Source: an uncultured virus (IMG/VR IMGVR_UViG_3300020036_009184)
Lineage: Duplodnaviria; Heunggongvirae; Uroviricota; Caudoviricetes
Strand: one strand, 5' to 3'
DNA length: 20,000 nt
Virus record (IMG/VR): IMGVR_UViG_3300020036_009184
Below the pieces are notes generated by a model that saw only the letters and a program-made list of their open reading frames with translations, searched no databases and was not told the origin of the DNA. Both the position numbers and the translations under genes were made by a program. This document shows positions 1 through 5,720 of this stretch, piece by piece. Position 1 is the first letter of the stretch; each line of letters begins with the position of its first letter.

Positions 1-120
1 GATGTTGTGGTGGATGGTATGGAGTTTCGTATTCGGGTTGTGGGTGCGGTGTATGAGAGTATTGGAATTATGTTCCCCGGCCTTCCTATCCTGATTCAGT
101 ATAATGAGCGGCCGTTTTAG
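1..120 (+). CDS. 3' end of a hypothetical protein (truncated by the window edge)
   Basis: Frame 1 is open from base 1 to TAG at 118-120 (...DVVVDGMEFRIRVVGAVYESIGIMFPGLPILIQYNERPF*) and co-oriented with all downstream genes. Confidence 0.5.
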   Translation, partial: DVVVDGMEFRIRVVGAVYESIGIMFPGLPILIQYNERPF

Positions 121-167
121 AGATCGTCGCTCCTGCGCAGTATTTTGGGCCTTAAATCGAATTATAG

Positions 168-503
168 ATGGATATTCCGACATTGACAATAAGACCATTG
201 GTGAAGCGGGTTGATATTATCGCTTTTTTCAAGGATGTGCTACCTGGTGCGGGAGTTACGGGGTATTGTGAGGTAATGGTGAAGCGGAGTTTGTATCGGA
301 ATATCCGCCTTTGTTTTGGGAGGTTGTTTGGTGGTGCTATTGTGAGTGAGCAGGATAGGTTCTGGTGTAAGATTGGTGGGGTGAGTTATCTTGTTGTGGC
401 CTTTCATGGTGGACATAGAGATGTTGTGGTGTTGGGACATTCTGTCTTTATTGAAATGGAGAAAGTAGTTTTGAAGAAAAAAAATGGGAATGAAGCACAT
501 TAG
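168..503 (+). CDS. hypothetical protein
   Basis: 111-aa ORF with no recognisable motif; its last 18 nt overlap the 5' end of the tRNA-like element at 486. Confidence 0.55.
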   Translation: MDIPTLTIRPLVKRVDIIAFFKDVLPGAGVTGYCEVMVKRSLYRNIRLCFGRLFGGAIVSEQDRFWCKIGGVSYLVVAFHGGHRDVVVLGHSVFIEMEKVVLKKKNGNEAH

Positions 504-635
504 GATGTGCCCTGTATGAAAGTCGATAGTTGTCGCCATATTGTTTATCGAGAACGATATTTTGGGCAACATTCCTGGGGAACAGGATTTAGGCAGGCCG
601 TCAGATGGTAGCCGGTTCGATTCCGGTCATTTCCA
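486..635 (+). ncRNA. tRNA-like RNA 1 (150 nt) with a structured insert in place of the anticodon loop
   Basis: Acceptor stem GGGAATG(486-492)/CATTTCC(628-634) with G3.U70 and discriminator A635; D arm GCAC-ATTAGGAT-GTGC(495-510); T arm GCCGG-TTCGATT-CCGGT(611-627). There are 100 nt between the D and T arms. Confidence 0.75.
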
Positions 636-674
636 CAAATAGGTCCAACGCATAGAGTTTTTGTTGGACTGGTA

Positions 675-817
675 GCGATGGTGGCGGAATGGCAGACGCG
701 CTGTAAGTACCCTAAAAGAAACGCATAGAATGGGGGAACTCGGTAGACATACTGCAAGCGTGAGCAGTAGGACTTTGTAAGTTTAAATCTTTGCAGGTTC
801 GAATCCTGCCCATCGTA
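675..817 (+). ncRNA. tRNA-like RNA 2 (143 nt, tRNA-Leu-type body) with expanded anticodon/variable region
   Basis: Acceptor stem GCGATGG(675-681)/CCATCGT(810-816) with A817; Leu-type D arm TGGCGGAATGGCAGACGCG; T arm GCAGG-TTCGAAT-CCTGC(793-809). About 92 nt lie between the D and T arms and there is no canonical 7-nt anticodon loop. Confidence 0.8.
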
Positions 818-830
818 CATCCATAAAAGA

Positions 831-948
831 GTACACTGAGAGTATGTTTGAGTCCTAGATGCTACCGAATAACCTGGTCGGTCGGGAAACGCGGGAAGGA
901 TGTTGATGGCAAATGGTAGGTGTACGTTGAACAAGAGCCGGTAACGGC
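831..948 (+). ncRNA. candidate structured RNA downstream of tRNA-like RNA 2
   Basis: Helices GTACAC(831-836)/GTGTAC(920-925) and CTACC(862-866)/GGTAG(915-919), plus a GNRA hairpin GCCG-GTAA-CGGC(937-948), in a region with no + strand ORF in the track. Confidence 0.35.
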
Positions 949-955
949 ATAGAAC

Positions 956-994
956 GCCTTGGTGTTTTTATCTTAGGTTGACCAAGGCACTTTT
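956..994 (+). terminator. possible intrinsic terminator closing the RNA cluster
   Basis: Inverted repeat GCCTTGGT(956-963)/ACCAAGGC(981-988) followed by ACTTTT. The loop is large and the U tract is short. Confidence 0.45.
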
Positions 995-1020
995 AAGAAT
1001 CAATTCAATTATCATAAATT

Positions 1021-1278
1021 ATGGCACAACAAGTATTTGCGTTTTCAAAAACGATTCCGGTTAAGACTACGACTGGCTGTATCGAGGTATTGCTGTCAAA
1101 GCAACGCGACGATGAAGGCGATAATTATGTGCAGATTCTGGCGTGGCACAAGAATGCTGACGGTGAGTTCTTTTCGCAGGAAGAGTCTGTGATTATTGAC
1201 GAGTTTATGATTCCGTGTTTTATCATGGACTTTTCCGAGGGTAGTGCTCAACGATTTGTTCAGGAGTTTCAATTTTGA
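1021..1278 (+). CDS. hypothetical protein (acidic)
   Basis: 85-aa ORF with ATG after an AT-rich leader typical of Bacteroidota initiation regions. Confidence 0.75.
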   Translation: MAQQVFAFSKTIPVKTTTGCIEVLLSKQRDDEGDNYVQILAWHKNADGEFFSQEESVIIDEFMIPCFIMDFSEGSAQRFVQEFQF

Positions 1279-1283
1279 TCACG

Positions 1284-1577
1284 ATGAAACGAGTAATCCT
1301 TACTATTCCAGCCCGGGCGAGAAAGCCTTACGAGTGCATGGCTGGCGCTGTTATCAAGTTGCATCTGGAGGGCCTTATTCAGACTGCGGCGCTGACCATT
1401 GACGAGTATGATGCTATCGCCGAATTAAAGGCGAATAACTGGATGATTGTGCCTGGCCAGGTATATGAGCGCCGGAATACCATTGATGAGGGTCCGCCGC
1501 GTAGGTTGTTTACCTTTCTTTGCTTACCTCAGATAGATGCTATCTGTGTAAAATATAACCTTTATTCAAACAATTGA
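1284..1577 (+). CDS. hypothetical protein
   Basis: ORF 1275-1577; ATG at 1284 preferred. Tightly packed with neighbours; has ARKPYEC and CLPQIDAIC Cys motifs. Confidence 0.7.
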   Translation: MKRVILTIPARARKPYECMAGAVIKLHLEGLIQTAALTIDEYDAIAELKANNWMIVPGQVYERRNTIDEGPPRRLFTFLCLPQIDAICVKYNLYSNN

Positions 1578-1580
1578 GTG

Positions 1581-1817
1581 ATGAAAAAACTTACAAATGC
1601 CTTAGTTTTGATTGGCGCGGTGTTCGTCATCATCGCCCTGTTGTTTTCGGGTATCGCCAGATCGGTGTTTTATAAGGCGCTAGAATCCGGCCAACCTGTG
1701 CCACAAAGGTTTGATACGGCACTGTTTTGCAGCAACTCGTTTTTAGTGATAGGTTTTGGTTGCATCGGACTCGCTCTCCTAGTGGCTGTGTGTTATTCCT
1801 TTTCAAATCGAAAATAG
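1581..1817 (+). CDS. small membrane protein (two predicted TM helices)
   Basis: Two hydrophobic stretches, ALVLIGAVFVIIALLFSGIA and FLVIGFGCIGLALLVAVCYSF. Confidence 0.7.
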   Translation: MKKLTNALVLIGAVFVIIALLFSGIARSVFYKALESGQPVPQRFDTALFCSNSFLVIGFGCIGLALLVAVCYSFSNRK

Positions 1818-1819
1818 TT

Positions 1820-2299
1820 ATGGAACATTGTTCATACGAGTTATCTACCCAACTGCGAGATGCAGGTTTTCCACAACCGGAGCCGCAGGCGGGGCAGGTT
1901 TGGTATAGCGGTACATTCAAAACGCCATTTATCATTATTTTTGATAAAGAGGCGCTGGATAAGAGGTATAGAGAACATGGGTATCACAAAAAAAACAAGG
2001 AACGGGGAAACTTTGAAGGCTTTTGTCGGATATCCTCACTGACTGACGGCAGTGTAGGCGATATAGGGTTGGCGAATTGCGTGTATGCTCCTACGGCATT
2101 GGATATACTCAAAGAACTAGGTGGTCAGTACCCTCCGTTCGTTTATTACGGCAAAATTGCTGATCTATGGTCGTGTCTGGATAGGGAGCCGCTTATTCTG
2201 TCGTCGAATAAAATCATGCAGTCGCCAATTGGGTTTTCTGGCAAGTCGGCTGTTGTGGCTATTTCGAAATTCTGGCTTCACAAAAATAAAAAATCCTGA
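1820..2299 (+). CDS. hypothetical protein, paralog of 2302-2718
   Basis: ATG at 1820 just after the upstream stop. Shares SY...LRDxGFPQPEPxxGQxWY and CVYxPTxxDxLxxL motifs with the next gene. Confidence 0.8.
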   Translation: MEHCSYELSTQLRDAGFPQPEPQAGQVWYSGTFKTPFIIIFDKEALDKRYREHGYHKKNKERGNFEGFCRISSLTDGSVGDIGLANCVYAPTALDILKELGGQYPPFVYYGKIADLWSCLDREPLILSSNKIMQSPIGFSGKSAVVAISKFWLHKNKKS

Positions 2300-2301
2300 T
2301 T

Positions 2302-2718
2302 ATGCTCAGTTACAAAAAGTGTATTGAACTCAGGGATAATGGATTCCCGCAACCGGAGCCAGCGTTTGGCCAGTTTTGGTATGCTTGGGAAGGTATTACG
2401 ACCGTTGGTGAGGTATTTGAAACTGAGCAGGGGATACTTGTTGGCGTACATCCAATGGGCGGTGGATTTCTTGTAGAGCCAATAAACATTTGCGTCTACA
2501 GCCCTACTGTTGAAGATATGTTGTCGATGTTGAGCCCTGGTTATTGCTTGGAAAGGGTGGTTGGTTCTGGGTGGGCTGTGATTTACTGGAAAGTAAACAA
2601 AGAGCGCGTAGTAATACAGATGGGGGGCAGCCCTATTGATGTATTGGCAAAAGCATGGGTTAATCGCCGTGATATATTTGAAGATAATGGCCGGCAGGAA
2701 GGTGGCGCCGATAAATAG
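2302..2718 (+). CDS. hypothetical protein, paralog of 1820-2299
   Basis: MLSYKKCIELRDNGFPQPEPAFGQFWY...CVYSPTVEDMLSML...SPIDVLAKAW aligns by eye with the upstream gene. Confidence 0.8.
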   Translation: MLSYKKCIELRDNGFPQPEPAFGQFWYAWEGITTVGEVFETEQGILVGVHPMGGGFLVEPINICVYSPTVEDMLSMLSPGYCLERVVGSGWAVIYWKVNKERVVIQMGGSPIDVLAKAWVNRRDIFEDNGRQEGGADK

Positions 2719-2731
2719 CCTGATTGTCGTT

Positions 2732-2800
2732 GGCGCTATGGTGTAATGGTAGCACGCTCTCTTAAATGAGGGAAGTCCAGATTCGATTTCTGCTGCGCTG
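2732..2800 (+). tRNA. degenerate tRNA (Gln-like body), anticodon undetermined; possible pseudo-tRNA
   Basis: GGCGCTA-TG-GTGT-AATGGTA-GCAC-G-CTCTC-TTAAAT-GAGGG-AAGT-CCAGA-TTCGATT-TCTGC-TGCGCTG. D arm and T loop are intact; anticodon loop is 6 nt, the T-stem base has a C:C mismatch, and the acceptor 3' strand is one base short. Confidence 0.65.
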
Positions 2801-2824
2801 CAATATTTGTTTTTAATGAGGTAA

Positions 2825-2903
2825 GGTCGTCTTGCTGGTGCTCCGATTTATCGCAGCCGTCCGTAATGCACTGCGGATTCCGTGCCTGGACGGTGAGATG
2901 ACC
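2825..2903 (+). ncRNA. candidate structured RNA
   Basis: 13-bp helix GGTCGTCTTGCTG(2825-2837)/CGGTGAGATGACC(2891-2903), including G.U pairs, with internal TCCGTA/TGCGGA and alternative GCCGTCC/GGACGGT helices. Confidence 0.4.
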
Positions 2904-2939
2904 GAAGCCTTAAAAAATGTTCCGATGGGGAAGAAAAGA

Positions 2940-3107
2940 ATGTTTGAAGTTGGAGAGATAGCCTTACGGGCCAATCGCTCCGTAGAGCCCATGCGGTGGG
3001 TGGTATTCACTGTCAATGAAACGTATTTGCCGTTGATAGAAGAGAATCCTGCCGATTATAAGAAAATTCGTAAAGTAAAAAATGATGATCGTATCTCTCA
3101 CAGGTAA
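2940..3107 (+). CDS. hypothetical protein (start uncertain: 2898, 2925 or 2940)
   Basis: Part of ORF 2832-3107. ATG at 2940 has an A-rich leader and avoids the structured element; the end overlaps the ruvA start. Confidence 0.55.
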   Translation: MFEVGEIALRANRSVEPMRWVVFTVNETYLPLIEENPADYKKIRKVKNDDRISHR

Positions 3108-3678
3108 ATTCGCCGCAATATCCCCATCCATGGTCGTTCTTGACGTACATGGTGTAGGCTATGCTGTCAATATTCCGCTATCCACCTTCTCAGAGATTGA
3201 GGGCCATGCCGAAGGACGGCTGTTGATATACCATCGCTTTTTGCAAAACGGGGAACAGTCTTTGTACGGTTTTTTTTCAAAAGAAGAGTCGCAAATGTTC
3301 GGGCACTTACTCGGAGTATCCGGCGTCGGTGGCTCGACCGCTCTTCTTATGCTGTCTGGAATGTCCGTGGAAGACCTGCAGCACGCTATCGCAACAGAAA
3401 AGGTGGCCGTGCTGGAGAAAATAAAAGGTATTGGCAAAAAGACGGCGGGGCTTATCGTCCACGAACTGAAAGATAAGTTCCCGAAAACGGAGCGAGGGCC
3501 AAATATCGAAATGTTTGTTGCCGATACCGAGTTGCGAGACGCTGCCGTAGATGGATTGCAGGCTTTGGGCTTCAAAAAAACCGAAGCACTGAAAGTGGTG
3601 GAATTTGTTTTGTCAAAAACTCCGGACGCCTGCCTATCCGACTTGATCCGCTCATCCCTTCAACAAATGTCAAAATGA
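3082..3678 (+). CDS. ruvA: Holliday junction DNA-binding protein RuvA
   Basis: OB domain (VVLDVHGVGYAV...LYGF), two HhH motifs (LLGVSGVGGSTAL and LEKIKGIGKKTA..IVHELKDK) and domain III (DAAVDGLQALGFKKTEA); 198 aa. Confidence 0.95.
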   Translation: MMIVSLTGKFAAISPSMVVLDVHGVGYAVNIPLSTFSEIEGHAEGRLLIYHRFLQNGEQSLYGFFSKEESQMFGHLLGVSGVGGSTALLMLSGMSVEDLQHAIATEKVAVLEKIKGIGKKTAGLIVHELKDKFPKTERGPNIEMFVADTELRDAAVDGLQALGFKKTEALKVVEFVLSKTPDACLSDLIRSSLQQMSK

Positions 3679-3755
3679 CCCTCCTGTACTGTTTTCTCGT
3701 AGTCTCCACCCTTTTTTGCTTCTTTTACACCCCAAAAACGAATACTGAGTCATGA
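3675..3755 (+). CDS. 26-aa hydrophobic micro-protein (below the ORF track threshold)
   Basis: MTLLYCFLVVSTLFCFFYTPKTNTES*. ATGA overlaps with ruvA upstream and with the 3752 ORF downstream fill the gap exactly. Confidence 0.6.
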   Translation: MTLLYCFLVVSTLFCFFYTPKTNTES

Positions 3756-4105
3756 GAAAACTTATTCTGCCTACAGGCGCCGGAAAAACGGATCGACTGA
3801 TCAAGGCGTCGGCTTCAACCTGGTGTTATATGGTTGTTCATACCATTGAAGACGCGGTGCGGGTGAGCCGGCGAGCATTGGAATTAGGCCTGGATATTCC
3901 GCACCCTGTCACGTACTGGGAGTTCAAACAAGGTAATTATTACGCCAAAGGGATCAAAGGTTTTTTGATCGATAATGCGGATATGTTACTACAATACCTA
4001 TCTACCGTCCCTGTTGTTGGTATTTCGATCAATAATGATTCATTGTGCGAAATACAATTGACCGAGGATCAACAAAAGGCACTTCAACCTCTTTCAAGTA
4101 ACTGA
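3752..4105 (+). CDS. small P-loop NTPase-like protein
   Basis: Walker A-like LPTGAGKT at the N-terminus and Walker B-like FLIDNAD; only 117 aa. Confidence 0.65.
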   Translation: MRKLILPTGAGKTDRLIKASASTWCYMVVHTIEDAVRVSRRALELGLDIPHPVTYWEFKQGNYYAKGIKGFLIDNADMLLQYLSTVPVVGISINNDSLCEIQLTEDQQKALQPLSSN

Positions 4106-4108
4106 GCC

Positions 4109-4381
4109 ATGAGATATTTTTCAATCTGCCTATGCGTAACCCTGTCTACCGGTGTGAATATCATCGGTGATATGCTGGTGCAGTCTATGGATGGGAAATA
4201 CCCGTCTATGTTCAATCTGAAAGCCGTGTGCGCGAAAAAGGCCGGCACGCCAGAAAATCCAGCGATCAATGTATCGGTTATGGGTATCACTGAAATGACG
4301 GAACAGGATTACAATGACTACATCACGCCGATGCCGAATATCGCACCCGGCTCTCTTGTTTCACCTTTTTCTCAAAATTAA
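4109..4381 (+). CDS. hypothetical protein
   Basis: 90-aa ORF whose stop overlaps the next start (TAATG). Confidence 0.7.
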   Translation: MRYFSICLCVTLSTGVNIIGDMLVQSMDGKYPSMFNLKAVCAKKAGTPENPAINVSVMGITEMTEQDYNDYITPMPNIAPGSLVSPFSQN

Positions 4382-4815
4382 TGTGGGCAATCTCTATACG
4401 ACAACCAAATGCCTCCCTTATTGCCAGCGGGAAGAAGAAATACTTGGAGATGCCCGGGTATGCTTGGCAGCGGGGGCCTATTTTGATACATGCCTCCAAA
4501 TTTAGGGATAACTCATTGTTTGTTTCGTATGATATTGATAGCGAAGTGCTGACGCTGCGTAATCAGGTAGCGCCAAAGAAATACCGGGTGCCGTGGGAGT
4601 TATACGTCGCAGAAAAATGCGCTCTTTGTGTTGCAGACCTGGTAAATATCAAAGAGTTTTACGACAAACCTGACCTCATACGTGGCGCGTGTTGTGATTG
4701 GTTGCCAAATGCCTGCCTGTGGGAGTTTGAGAATGTTCGATTGGTAGAGCGGGTAGATGCGAAGTTGACTGGTGGTTTTATTCAAGTAGATGATTCACTC
4801 ATAAAATACCTGTAA
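4381..4815 (+). CDS. ASCH-domain protein (PUA-like, predicted RNA-binding)
   Basis: AISIRQPNASLIASGKKKYLE...W.RGPILIHASK and a C-terminal W.FENVR match the ASCH signature (SIxQPxAxxIxxGxKxxExR). Confidence 0.85.
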   Translation: MWAISIRQPNASLIASGKKKYLEMPGYAWQRGPILIHASKFRDNSLFVSYDIDSEVLTLRNQVAPKKYRVPWELYVAEKCALCVADLVNIKEFYDKPDLIRGACCDWLPNACLWEFENVRLVERVDAKLTGGFIQVDDSLIKYL

Positions 4816-4819
4816 AATA

Positions 4820-5086
4820 ATGAATATTCGAAATGATTCAGCCGGTGCGGTATCGCATGAACACATTCTTAGTAAGGGATTTAGGGTTTTTGAAACCATG
4901 AAAGGGAATGATATGGGGCAGATGGAGTGGGAGATACCGCAATACTCAAATGGAAGTATAGTAATTACTGGTGGGTACTGGAATTGGGTCGTAAAAGATG
5001 CCGAGGGACAAGCGCTTTGGGAGGGATGGTGGAACTCAAATGATGAGTTTGATGAAGTCATGAACACACTAAATAGCAACCTATAA
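4820..5086 (+). CDS. hypothetical protein
   Basis: 88-aa Trp-rich ORF, coupled to the next gene by TAATG. Confidence 0.7.
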   Translation: MNIRNDSAGAVSHEHILSKGFRVFETMKGNDMGQMEWEIPQYSNGSIVITGGYWNWVVKDAEGQALWEGWWNSNDEFDEVMNTLNSNL

Positions 5087-5382
5087 TGGAAAAGTACAAT
5101 ATCCGTAGTCCGCATCCAGTCCGTATCTCTCAAATGAGAGTTGGGGACATCGGCTTTATTGGCGGAGGGTCTTGGCATAAAGTAAAGGGGGCCTTTTTTA
5201 CGGCTTCTGACCGGTTTTTATATCCCGAGGACGAGACGCACGTCGTTATGGTTAAAAAGACTGTGGATGGCCTATTCTGCGCTCCTATACCCTGGATGGA
5301 GAAACTTGTGGCGGAGAATAAAAAGGATCTTGATCAAAATATTCGCTGGGTACGGTTCGTGCCTGTAAAAACTGAAAAATAA
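5086..5382 (+). CDS. hypothetical protein
   Basis: 98-aa ORF in the tightly packed + strand operon. Confidence 0.7.
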   Translation: MEKYNIRSPHPVRISQMRVGDIGFIGGGSWHKVKGAFFTASDRFLYPEDETHVVMVKKTVDGLFCAPIPWMEKLVAENKKDLDQNIRWVRFVPVKTEK

Positions 5383-5383
5383 A

Positions 5384-5719
5384 ATGGGCATAAACTTATT
5401 TGTCAAAAAAGTTATCGGCAAAACAACGGAAGAATTATGGAATGGCAAAACTGTGCCTTTTTATGAAACGGAAGCGCTAGAGACATTCGATTCCATCCGT
5501 CATTCTGGAGACCGCGAGTTTGTGGTTGAAAATGAGTTTGTGTTTATGGATGACCAGAACCCTGTTGAAGAGCAAGAATTGGCTCGGCCAAAAGATTTTG
5601 CAAAATGCAGGGAGTGGGTAAAAAACACACGGTATCCAGAAGGGAATAAGAATAGACTGTTAGGAGCATTAGATATGCTTGAAAACGACGAAAGCCTTGT
5701 GTTTAAATGGTCTTGGTAA
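5384..5719 (+). CDS. hypothetical protein
   Basis: 111-aa ORF with 1-nt gaps on both sides; MGINLF N-terminus and aromatic C-terminus (FKWSW). Confidence 0.75.
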   Translation: MGINLFVKKVIGKTTEELWNGKTVPFYETEALETFDSIRHSGDREFVVENEFVFMDDQNPVEEQELARPKDFAKCREWVKNTRYPEGNKNRLLGALDMLENDESLVFKWSW

Positions 5720-5720
5720 T

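Noticed and set aside
516..611. 31-aa mini-ORF inside tRNA-like RNA 1 (MKVDSCRHIVY...AVRW*)
   Set aside because: No initiation context, runs into the T arm, and its length is within chance expectation.
486..635. Canonical tmRNA or tRNA-Sec
   Set aside because: Too short for tmRNA, has a D stem, and shows no tag reading frame ending in an Ala-rich degron. The acceptor/T stems are 7/5, not the 8/5 of bacterial tRNA-Sec, and there is no UCA anticodon loop.
710..716. CCCTAAA as an amber-suppressor anticodon loop in tRNA-like RNA 2
   Set aside because: Lacks U33, is not closed by a 5-bp stem at the right distance from the D arm, and CCCTA pairs well with TGGGG at 731-735.
836..890. Hammerhead ribozyme (CTGAGAG...GAAAC)
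   Set aside because: The core needs CUGANGA; the sequence reads CTGAGAG, and stems II and III cannot be formed around GAAA.
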